Assembly: GCA_963528615.1 (NCBI GenBank)
Contig: CAURVB010000001.1
Coordinates: 7,203-71,202 of the forward strand
From: an uncultured Candidatus Saccharibacteria bacterium
GTDB lineage: Bacteria > Patescibacteriota > Saccharimonadia > Saccharimonadales > Saccharimonadaceae
Direction: 5' to 3'
DNA: 64,000 bases
In this document: positions 38,524-47,003 of the stretch, one piece after another
Layout of the letters: each line of letters starts with the position of its first letter
Position numbering within the stretch: the first letter of the stretch is position 1
Made by a program: the position numbers and the translations under genes
Notes under the pieces: generated by a model
The model's database searches: none
Told to the model about the DNA's origin: nothing
The model's input: only the letters and a program-made list of their open reading frames with translations

Positions 38524-39775
38524 TTATAGTAGCGGTTTGGTTTGCCGCAAATTCACTCACTAAATAAAACGACCCGGCAACAACGACGTACGTATCAAGC
38601 TGCCGGGCTTTTTTGATGGCTTTCGCGAGGGACTTGTCTGTATTATGTTCAATCTCGACGGCAGATTTCATGACATGGCGGATGTTTTCCGGCGGCACAT
38701 GGCGGTGATTTTTGCCGTAATTGGCGCTGAATGTGGTGGCGTAAGCCAGCTGCGCCAGGTTATCAATTATGGCAAGCGATTCTGCCAGCGACGAATGCTT
38801 ATTTTGCCCGAATGCTACTACGAAGATAGGTTTTTTATCCGGATATAATTTCCGCAATGAATCAATCAAGGCACGGATTTTCTGGGGATTATGCGCAACG
38901 TCAAATATGATGTTAACTCCATCAATGATACGTTTCTCTAATCGTCCGGGAATAGTGGTATGCACGGATTTTTCCAGAACTTCTTTTGGCAGAGGCGGCT
39001 TTTTATCTAGCGCCAGCCGCTTTTCGACGGCGCGGTATGCCAATGCCCAATTCCGCTGCTGAAAATCCGGCAGTATTTTCAGAAAATCACTAGCCACTGG
39101 CGAAGCAATCGATAACTGTGAATACTGTGACTCTGCATGTTGCCGAATAACCGTTTCAATTTCAGAAGCTTGCCGGTTTATAACGACTGAATCGTTTTGA
39201 TGAATAATACCAGCTTTTTCTTGGGTGATTTCTGTCAGAGTATTGCCTAGTAATTCCGTATGGTCCAGTCCGATATCAGTGATGACGCGTACAGTTGGCG
39301 AACGGGAAATCACGTTAGTTGTATCCAGCCGTCCGCCAATTCCAACCTCAATTATGATATAATTAACGTCTATTTTCTTAAATAGCCAAAAACTAAAAAT
39401 CGTCAAAAATTCAAAATAGGATAGATGCAGGTTGTGTGCTACGCAAAGGTTGGCAAACTCTTGGAAATAGTGCAAATATTCTTGTTCAGGCAGCGGCTGC
39501 CCGCTGATTAGAGAGCGCTCAGCGACGCTGGCGATATGCGGCGATACTAATGTGCCGGTAGTATAACCAGCCTGGTTCAGCAAACTGGTAGCATAGTAAG
39601 CAGTCGAGCCCTTGCCGGAGGTGCCAGCGATGTGGATGGCGGGAATTTGACTTTGCGGACTACCAAGGGTTTCCAGAATGTGTGCTATATATGCCAGCCG
39701 ATCATGCTTTTCGGGCGGATGGGCGATTAACTCGTCCAAAAAATAAGTGATGTCGCGCATTGAGGCAAATTTCAT
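38480..39775 (-). CDS. folC: Folylpolyglutamate synthase/dihydrofolate synthase
   Basis: HIAGTSGKGST, EVGIGGRLD.TN, DH...LG.TL, DVAHNP, AGSFYLV. Confidence 0.92.
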   Translation of the reverse strand: MKFASMRDITYFLDELIAHPPEKHDRLAYIAHILETLGSPQSQIPAIHIAGTSGKGSTAYYATSLLNQAGYTTGTLVSPHIASVAERSLISGQPLPEQEYLHYFQEFANLCVAHNLHLSYFEFLTIFSFWLFKKIDVNYIIIEVGIGGRLDTTNVISRSPTVRVITDIGLDHTELLGNTLTEITQEKAGIIHQNDSVVINRQASEIETVIRQHAESQYSQLSIASPVASDFLKILPDFQQRNWALAYRAVEKRLALDKKPPLPKEVLEKSVHTTIPGRLEKRIIDGVNIIFDVAHNPQKIRALIDSLRKLYPDKKPIFVVAFGQNKHSSLAESLAIIDNLAQLAYATTFSANYGKNHRHVPPENIRHVMKSAVEIEHNTDKSLAKAIKKARQLDTYVVVAGSFYLVSEFAANQTATITKSSRVRLRTELPD

Positions 39776-39830
39776 ACCGTATCTGATTATAGCAAAAATA
39801 GGTTGTAAAATTTACCAAATGTCTTGAAAA

Positions 39831-39878
39831 ACACTAGATGTAGCGGCTATAGTTAGTGTTGTACGCTATATATGTAGC
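39831..39878 (+). promoter_or_regulatory. Paired NrdR boxes upstream of nrdA
   Basis: ACACTAGATGTAGCGG (39831) and ACGCTATATATGTAGC (39863), 32 bp apart; resemble consensus acaCwAtATaTwGtgt. Confidence 0.75.
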
Positions 39879-39973
39879 GTACCCATAAATAAACAAAAAG
39901 GCAAATTATCCAAATGAGCCACCAGATGGGGTACTGGCGGCTGATTTTTAGCAGGGCAAATTAAGGAGGGTAC

Positions 39974-42376
39974 ATGCAACAAATCAACGTCATCAAACGC
40001 GACGGAACGAAAGAGCCGTTTGATGTCAATAAAATTAATGCGGCGATTTTGAAGGCTTGCGACGGACTGCCAGATCAGGTTTCTAAGGTGGTGCAGGTGG
40101 CAACCGAGCTGCCGCTGACGCTATTTGACGGGATTACCACCGAGCAGCTCGATCAGGCCGTCATCCAGACGACACTACAGAATGTCAAGGATGATCCAGA
40201 TTATGATAAAATCGCAGCCCGCTTGTTACTGAAGACTATTTATAAGAGTATTTTGGGCGATTACGAGACGGCAGACGAATTAAAGAAATTGCACGCGCGG
40301 GAGTTTCCGAAGCTTGTTAAAGCGGCGGTTAAAGATGGCTTACTTGATAAGCGGATGAGCGACGGGCGATTTGACTTGAAAAAATTGGGTGAAGCATTAC
40401 GGCCAGAGCGCGACGATCTCAGTAAATACCTCGGTGTAATGACTAATAAAAACCGCTATGCCTTGCGCAAACAAAGCGGCGACCCGCTGGAAACACCGCA
40501 ATTTACTCATATGCGTATCGCTATGGGGCTTAGCTACAATGAGCCAGACCCGACTGCGGCCGCGATTGAATTTTATGAACACATGAGTCAATTGGAATAT
40601 CTGCCAGGCGGCTCGACGCGGGTCAATGCTGGCGGCTCCTTCCCGCAGCTCAGCAATTGTTTTTTGCTAAATGTTGATGACGATATGGAATCAATTGCCA
40701 AGAGCGTGCGCGATACGATGTTTATCGCCAAGGGTACTGGCGGCATCGGCATCGGTTTTACTAAGTTGCGGGCAGCCGGTAGCCCAGTTAAGACTACTAA
40801 TACTGAATCAACTGGCCCAATTCCTTTCATGAAGATGATCGATACGGCGCTGTTTGCGGTTAGCCGTAAGGGCAAGAAAGCCGGTGCAGCCGCCATTTAT
40901 ATGGAGAACTGGCACCTTAATTTTGGGCAATTTATTGATTTGCGCTCCAATTCTGGCGACCCGTACATGCGGACGCGCTTTGCCAACACTGCGGTATTTA
41001 TCTCTGATGAATTTATGAAGCGGGTGCAAAAAGACCAAGATTGGTACTTGTTTGATCCAGCGGAAACGCCAGATCTGCCCGAGCTATATGGTGAGGAGTT
41101 CTCGGCGCGTTATAAGGAATATATTAAGCTAGCCGAAGCTGGCAAATTGCGCGTCTTTGAAAAGATGTCGGCTCGCCAGCAATTTAAGCAGATTTTAACT
41201 AGCCTGCAGGCCACTAGCCACCCGTGGCTCACCTGGAAAGATACCATTAATGTGCGGGCACTGAATAATAACACTGGTACAATTCATTTGTCCAACCTCT
41301 GTACGGAAATTACCCTGCCTCAAGACAAGGATAATATCGCCACCTGTAACTTGGTTAGTATTAATCTGTCGGCGTTTTTGCGTGAGGATAAGACGTGGGA
41401 CTGGGACCGTTTGCAAGAGGCTTCACGGGCAGCAATTCGGCAATTGGATAATCTAATCGATATTACCGAGACGCCAGTTAAAGAGGCAATGCACGCCAAC
41501 CAGCAGACTAGAGCTGTTGGCCTGGGCATGATGGGTTTTTCGGACGTATTGGAAAGACTCGGTTATTGCTATGAATCGAGCGAAGCTTATGAGTTAATCG
41601 ATCAATTGACGGAGTTTATTAGTTATCACGCTATCGACCAGTCGGCGGATTTGGCGGCCAAGCTGGGTAGTTATCCGACATATAACGGTAGTGGCTGGAG
41701 TAAAGGGCTACTGCCGATTGACACGCTGGAGACGCTGTCTACCGACCGTAAGGTTAAGGTGAAAATTAATAACAAAACCCGTCTAGATTGGGATAAATTA
41801 CGTAAGAAAGTTAAAAAAGGCATGCGTAACGCCACTTTGATGGCCATTGCACCGACCGCTAACATCGGTCATGTGGCGGGGACGACGCCGGGGATTGATC
41901 CGCAGTTTGCCCAGATTTTTAGCCGCTCAACTTTGAATGGTAAGTTTTTGGAGGTGAATAATAATTTAGTACGCGACCTCAAGGCGCTGAATTTGTGGGA
42001 CGAAATAAAAGAGGAAGTGTTCGCCAATCAAGGTGACATTCAACACATTGATGCTATTCCGCAGAAATTGAAAGATGTGTATAAAACCAGCTTCCAATTA
42101 AGCCCATACGCGTTCATTGAAGTGGCGGCGCGGGCGCAGAAGTGGGTTGATCAGGCAATTAGCCGCAATATGTATCTTGAAACTCGCGATATTGATGAAT
42201 ACGTGGAGATTTATTCTGAAGCCTGGCGGCGCGGTCTGAAAACCACCTACTACCTGCATGTTAAGCCGCGTCATCAATCAGAGCAGACCACAGTGTCGGT
42301 GGAAAAATTAGCAGAACAGAAGATTCGAACTGGCGCTAAAACGCGCGGGTTTGGATTTGCCAAGGTTAATAAATAA
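39974..42376 (+). CDS. nrdA: Class I ribonucleotide reductase alpha subunit with ATP-cone; lacks C-terminal Cys pair
   Basis: VIKRDG ATP-cone, SNCF, SNLCTEI, TCNL, APTA, KTTYYL. Confidence 0.97.
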   Translation: MQQINVIKRDGTKEPFDVNKINAAILKACDGLPDQVSKVVQVATELPLTLFDGITTEQLDQAVIQTTLQNVKDDPDYDKIAARLLLKTIYKSILGDYETADELKKLHAREFPKLVKAAVKDGLLDKRMSDGRFDLKKLGEALRPERDDLSKYLGVMTNKNRYALRKQSGDPLETPQFTHMRIAMGLSYNEPDPTAAAIEFYEHMSQLEYLPGGSTRVNAGGSFPQLSNCFLLNVDDDMESIAKSVRDTMFIAKGTGGIGIGFTKLRAAGSPVKTTNTESTGPIPFMKMIDTALFAVSRKGKKAGAAAIYMENWHLNFGQFIDLRSNSGDPYMRTRFANTAVFISDEFMKRVQKDQDWYLFDPAETPDLPELYGEEFSARYKEYIKLAEAGKLRVFEKMSARQQFKQILTSLQATSHPWLTWKDTINVRALNNNTGTIHLSNLCTEITLPQDKDNIATCNLVSINLSAFLREDKTWDWDRLQEASRAAIRQLDNLIDITETPVKEAMHANQQTRAVGLGMMGFSDVLERLGYCYESSEAYELIDQLTEFISYHAIDQSADLAAKLGSYPTYNGSGWSKGLLPIDTLETLSTDRKVKVKINNKTRLDWDKLRKKVKKGMRNATLMAIAPTANIGHVAGTTPGIDPQFAQIFSRSTLNGKFLEVNNNLVRDLKALNLWDEIKEEVFANQGDIQHIDAIPQKLKDVYKTSFQLSPYAFIEVAARAQKWVDQAISRNMYLETRDIDEYVEIYSEAWRRGLKTTYYLHVKPRHQSEQTTVSVEKLAEQKIRTGAKTRGFGFAKVNK

Positions 42377-42393
42377 AATAAAGGAGGAACGAT

Positions 42394-42507
42394 ATGGAAT
42401 ATCAAGATACATTACCGGGAATTGATTTGTTGGCGAAGGAAGCAGCGCAGCGAGCTGTTGGGCAAGAAGCATTATTTACAGTAGCTATAATAGAGGAGGA
42501 TGAATAG
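42394..42507 (+). CDS. 37-aa microprotein between nrdA and nrdB
   Basis: AAGGAGG RBS; MEYQDTLPGIDLLAKEAAQRAVGQEALFTVAIIEEDE; TAG abuts the nrdB ATG. Confidence 0.6.
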   Translation: MEYQDTLPGIDLLAKEAAQRAVGQEALFTVAIIEEDE

Positions 42508-43485
42508 ATGGGTATTTTAGGTTCAGGACTACGCGACGGTTTATCACTGCACCCAATTCGTTACCCATGGGCATACGACTTATACAACCAAGCAGTGGCT
42601 AACACCTGGTTTCCAAACGAGGTGCAGTTAGTACAGGATTTGGCGGATTTTGAAAAACTCAGTGACGAGGAAAAGCATGCGCTCAAAACGGTCATTAGTT
42701 ATCTTAACCCAAACGAGTTACTGATTAACAAGTCGCTGGCATTTGGTATTTACCCGTATGTCAATGCCGCTGAAGCGCAGCTCTATCTGTCAAAACAGAT
42801 GTGGGAAGAAGCCAACCACTTCATGACCTTTGAATATATCATTGAGACGTTTCCGTTTGACCGGGAGGAGATTTACGCGGCCGGCTTTGGCAAAAAATCG
42901 CTGGCTGACAAGGCAGATTTCCAGAACAAGCACCTGGATGTGATGCTGGATCCAAATCTTGATATCTACACGCTGGAGGGTAAGAAAGACTTTGTCCGCT
43001 CACTGGTGGCCTATAATATTGTGCTCGAAGGCATTTGGTTCTACTCGGGCTTTATGGTTGGCATGAGTTTCCGCCAGCGCAACTTGCTGCGTAATGTCGG
43101 CACACTGCTGGACTGGATTACCAAGGATGAGAATTTGCATCTAACCTTTGGTATCAATTTGCTGCTGACCATTTTGGACGAAAACCCAGAACTACAAACC
43201 CAGGAATTTGCTGAGGAAATTCGCGGGCTTATCCTACAGGCGGTGGAGCTGGAGAAGGAGTACAACAAGGACATGCTGCCAAAGGGCATCTTGGGCCTGA
43301 ACGCTGATTATGTCAATCAATACGTCATGCACATGACCGACCGCCGCTTGGTCGAGCTTGGGTTTGAGCCAGAGTACAACGTGGCCAACCCGGCCAAATG
43401 GATGGCTACCGCAAACGATACCTTGGAATTGGTCAATTTCTTTGAAAGCACTAACACTAGTTATGAAGTAAACACCACGAAATAA
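42508..43485 (+). CDS. nrdB: Ribonucleotide reductase beta subunit, class Ic-type signature
   Basis: W.P.E, NELLI (Glu first ligand), EEANHFMTF (Phe at radical Tyr site), LEGIWFYSGF, DENLH, C-terminal FFE...Y. Confidence 0.95.
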   Translation: MGILGSGLRDGLSLHPIRYPWAYDLYNQAVANTWFPNEVQLVQDLADFEKLSDEEKHALKTVISYLNPNELLINKSLAFGIYPYVNAAEAQLYLSKQMWEEANHFMTFEYIIETFPFDREEIYAAGFGKKSLADKADFQNKHLDVMLDPNLDIYTLEGKKDFVRSLVAYNIVLEGIWFYSGFMVGMSFRQRNLLRNVGTLLDWITKDENLHLTFGINLLLTILDENPELQTQEFAEEIRGLILQAVELEKEYNKDMLPKGILGLNADYVNQYVMHMTDRRLVELGFEPEYNVANPAKWMATANDTLELVNFFESTNTSYEVNTTK

Positions 43486-43490
43486 CTGCC

Positions 43491-43889
43491 ATGGACAAAA
43501 TTACAACAGATATTTTAGACACAGTTGAAGTTGGGGCTTTGGCGACTGTTAATCGTGACAGAACGCCGCTAGTGACGCCGCTCCACTTTGTACGTTATAA
43601 AAATGACAACATTATTTGGATCTCTGACCGGCAATCCTACCATGCTGTTAACGCCTATCGCAGCGGTGTTGTGGAATTTGTAGTGTGGAATGATCAAAAG
43701 AATGCTGTCTTTTTAACAACAAAGGTACGAGAGTTGCCAGAGGAAGAAGAGGCCGCGGCTTTGGAAGTGTACGCCAACAAACTGGGCGACTTTATGCCGC
43801 GTGTGGAGAATAGGCAAATTTACATCATGCCAATTGGCAAGCTTGATGAAAAAAACACAACAGGAAATTGGCGGCACTATATTGCATAA
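43491..43889 (+). CDS. Pyridoxamine 5'-phosphate oxidase-like (split-barrel flavin-binding) protein
   Basis: GALATVNRD.TP.VTPLHF...WIS...SYH..N pattern. Confidence 0.7.
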   Translation: MDKITTDILDTVEVGALATVNRDRTPLVTPLHFVRYKNDNIIWISDRQSYHAVNAYRSGVVEFVVWNDQKNAVFLTTKVRELPEEEEAAALEVYANKLGDFMPRVENRQIYIMPIGKLDEKNTTGNWRHYIA

Positions 43890-43937
43890 GCGCTATATAT
43901 AGCGTAATATAAGCGTAAGCGATACTAAATATATAGA
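43890..43937 (+). promoter_or_regulatory. Second pair of NrdR boxes, upstream of the 57-aa CxxC ORF
   Basis: GCGCTATATATAGCGT (43890) and ATACTAAATATATAGA (43922), again 32 bp apart. Confidence 0.7.
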
Positions 43938-43948
43938 AAGACAGGAAC

Positions 43949-44122
43949 ATGAACGCAAGTCAAATTATTTCTGACGACATGACATTGGAAGAAAAATTAA
44001 GCGCTATCGACGCGGCCTTAAAAGCGGCACAGGAAACAGCTGACGACCAAGCTAGTGCAAATGGTAGTGTTGCTGCACCCATTGATCCAGCTAGTCTGAC
44101 AATTTGCGACGGTTGCGAATAA
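43949..44122 (+). CDS. 57-aa acidic protein ending in CxxC, resembling the NrdA C-terminal cysteine tail
   Basis: AGGA RBS; MNASQIISDDMTLEEKLSAIDAALKAAQETADDQASANGSVAAPIDPASLTICDGCE. Confidence 0.8.
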   Translation: MNASQIISDDMTLEEKLSAIDAALKAAQETADDQASANGSVAAPIDPASLTICDGCE

Positions 44123-44185
44123 GGTCCGTCTAAGAAGTGCCTATTATTGACAATATAGATTTATTTATTGTATAATAACTGTGTT

Positions 44186-45040
44186 ATGGAGTTATCTGAA
44201 AAAACGTTTTTACCTAAGCATCCTGCAGTAAAAAAGATTAAAGCTGCTGGCGAACAGCTGGGCTTACCAAAAGCGGATATCCGTTTGTCTTTGGGCCTCA
44301 AGGCCTTGATGGGTGTAATGCACGGCCGTGGTGAAGTTGATATATCCGGTGAAGATAATCTAATTGAGGCGGTAGAAAGAGCTAAGGAGAATAATAGAGG
44401 GCTGGTAGTGGTGACGTCACACGAGTCTGGTCTTGATGTGCCTACTGCTAGCTACCTGGCTTCCTTGATGGGTAAGACTGCTATTGGCATAGCTTCGACC
44501 AATAGTGATTGGATTAAAAAAGATGTCGGTGGATTTAATGCGGAGCCCATCCAGTACATCCTAACGGGAATAAAAAACTTTATTCGTGTACCGTATAAAT
44601 GGATAGATCGAAAAAATAAAAGACCAGCTCCCTTTTCTGAAGATGATTATAAAGAGGTCGTTGAACGAGTTAAGAATGGTGAAATAGTCGTTATGGCAGG
44701 GTTTTCGGATCACGAGTCAGTGACGCATCGTAATATTGGTTCTGCAGCGGCACATATTGCCCTAGAGGCCGGTGTTGAGATTCTACCGATATCTGTCTCA
44801 AGCGATAAGGCGGAGGATTTTTCTGGTGGACCATCTGCGGCTGTATTGAAGGATCATAAACTAAAAATTGATATTGGTGAGACTGGAGACGATTGGTCTG
44901 ACGTAATTAGCCATTCTTATAGAAAAGCCAGCCCTAAAACAAAGAAGGCCATACGACGCATGATTAGGAATGATTTGGCGAATCATGGGGTATTTAAGAA
45001 GATAGTCAGTAAAGGTAATCGTCAGTTGTCTAAAAAGTAA
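44186..45040 (+). CDS. PlsC/LPLAT-like acyltransferase-fold protein
   Basis: VVVTSHESGLD (HxxxxD), G.A.IAL.AGV.ILPISV. Confidence 0.6.
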   Translation: MELSEKTFLPKHPAVKKIKAAGEQLGLPKADIRLSLGLKALMGVMHGRGEVDISGEDNLIEAVERAKENNRGLVVVTSHESGLDVPTASYLASLMGKTAIGIASTNSDWIKKDVGGFNAEPIQYILTGIKNFIRVPYKWIDRKNKRPAPFSEDDYKEVVERVKNGEIVVMAGFSDHESVTHRNIGSAAAHIALEAGVEILPISVSSDKAEDFSGGPSAAVLKDHKLKIDIGETGDDWSDVISHSYRKASPKTKKAIRRMIRNDLANHGVFKKIVSKGNRQLSKK

Positions 45041-45129
45041 ACTGGCTTGACTTACATACACCTCATTGACAAATTAAAAATAATGTGATATCATTTTACT
45101 ATATAAAAATTAAAACAAAAAGGAATAAA

Positions 45130-45288
45130 ATGGCTGAAGAAAAAGACGTTCATGATTTGGCAGAAAGTGTGCTAAGTCGAGATGATATGTCAGCATTGGC
45201 GTATGTGTTGCAGCATGTCAAGGGATCTAGTCCGAGCTCAGTGACAAGGTTGGGTTTGGAAATGAGTGAGCTTGATGACGCGGCGTAG
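45130..45288 (+). CDS. Small hypothetical protein (52 aa)
   Basis: TTGACA..TATCAT promoter and AAGGA RBS before ATG 45130. Confidence 0.45.
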   Translation: MAEEKDVHDLAESVLSRDDMSALAYVLQHVKGSSPSSVTRLGLEMSELDDAA

Positions 45289-45340
45289 GCTGTTTTGTTT
45301 GAGGTAGATAATCGCTGGCCTCTGTTGTATACTGGAAGGT

Positions 45341-46972
45341 ATGGAACAGATTATTTCTCAGGCGGTGAAGCAACTTTTTGATCAAGATGTGTCAGTGCAG
45401 TTGACACGACCTGATCCAAAGTTTGGCGATTTTGCGACGAATGTGGCGCTGCAGCTGGCGAAGCCGCTGGGTAAAAATCCCAGCGAGATTGCCGAGGCAA
45501 TCGCCGAAAAATTGCGCGGCCGCCAGGAGTTTAGCGAGGTTAGCGTGGCTGGGCCAGGCTTCATCAACGTGACGTTAAGCGACCAAGCGGTGTTGGAATC
45601 GCTGAAAGTACGACCGGCAACCAACCGTTCAGGGCAAACAGTGGTCATTGAGACCAATTGCCCAAATCCGTTTAAGGCCATGCACATTGGCCACGCGCTG
45701 AACGCGATTTTGGCGGATACGATGGCGAATCTACTGGCGGTGGATGGTGCGTCAGTACACCGAGTGAGTTATCACGGCGATGTCGGCACGCATGTTGGTA
45801 AGAGTATGTGGGCAATTCTGCGCGAAATTGACGGTGATGTTGGCAAGCTAGACGCTATTCCGGTCGACAAGCGCAACGAGTTTATGAGCCGTATGTACGT
45901 TGAAGGCGCACGGGCAGCCAAGGAATCACCAGAGGCACGGGCAGAAATTGATGAGCTAGCTAAGCAATCGTTTGTGTTGGACGATCCGCTGTATAAGCGG
46001 GTGTATGACACTTGCAAGGCCTGGAGTTTTGATGAAATTGACGCCAATGTGGCGCGGCTGGGCAATGTGCCAATTGAACGGCGCTATGTCGAGAGCGAGA
46101 CTGAAGTGCCGGGCAAGGCCTTGATCAAAGCAAAAACCCCAGAGGTCTTTACCAAATCAGACGGCGCGTATATCTTCAAGGGCAGCCAGTACGGTGCGTT
46201 TGATAATGTGTTTATCGGTTCGCACGGCAACGGTTTGTACGGTGCGCACGACATGGGGCTGATTCAGCTGAAACATCAAGATTATCCGAACCTGGACCTG
46301 TCGATTACGGTCAACGGCGAAGAGCAGGCGGCGTATTTCCGCGGGGTGATCGCCGCCAGCGAATTGGCGATTCCAGAGCTGAAAGGTAAATTGTTTAATT
46401 ATGCGACTGGCCTGGTTAAATTAACAACAGGCAAAATGAGTTCGCGTACCGGTGAGGTGATTACCATTGACTGGCTGTTCAACGAATTCAAAAAAGCCAT
46501 CACCCAAGCTGGCGGCGAGCCGACTGACGATGTGGTGGCGGGCGCGCTGCGCTATCAATTCCTGAAGGTAAAAATCGGTAGCGACGTCGTATTCGACATC
46601 AATGACGCGGTTAGTTTGACGGGTAACACCGGTAGTTATCTGCAATATGCGCACGCTCGGGCGCGAGGAATTTTGGCAAAATCTGAGCAAGCAGTTGCAT
46701 TTCCGAAGGAATTATTCGACGAAGATCGACTGTTAGTCAGGAAAATGAGCGAATACGCTGAGGCAGTTAACCGCGCTACCGAAAGTTTGGAGCCGCATCA
46801 TATCTGCGCCTATTTGTTTGAGCTGGCACAAGAATTCAACCGCTACTATGAGAAGAACCAAGTTGTTGGCAGCGATAAAGAAGCGCACCGCGTCGGTTTG
46901 GTGGCAGTGTACGCGGATATTTTGAAGGCTGGTTTGACGATTTTGGGTATCGCAGCGCCGGAGCGCTTGTAA
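45341..46972 (+). CDS. argS: Arginine--tRNA ligase
   Basis: FGDFATN.A, GPGFIN, NP.K.MHIGH, KMSSRTG, GNTG.YLQYAHAR. Confidence 0.97.
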   Translation: MEQIISQAVKQLFDQDVSVQLTRPDPKFGDFATNVALQLAKPLGKNPSEIAEAIAEKLRGRQEFSEVSVAGPGFINVTLSDQAVLESLKVRPATNRSGQTVVIETNCPNPFKAMHIGHALNAILADTMANLLAVDGASVHRVSYHGDVGTHVGKSMWAILREIDGDVGKLDAIPVDKRNEFMSRMYVEGARAAKESPEARAEIDELAKQSFVLDDPLYKRVYDTCKAWSFDEIDANVARLGNVPIERRYVESETEVPGKALIKAKTPEVFTKSDGAYIFKGSQYGAFDNVFIGSHGNGLYGAHDMGLIQLKHQDYPNLDLSITVNGEEQAAYFRGVIAASELAIPELKGKLFNYATGLVKLTTGKMSSRTGEVITIDWLFNEFKKAITQAGGEPTDDVVAGALRYQFLKVKIGSDVVFDINDAVSLTGNTGSYLQYAHARARGILAKSEQAVAFPKELFDEDRLLVRKMSEYAEAVNRATESLEPHHICAYLFELAQEFNRYYEKNQVVGSDKEAHRVGLVAVYADILKAGLTILGIAAPERL

Positions 46973-47003
46973 ATATTCAATATTAGTATATAATAATACT
47001 GTT

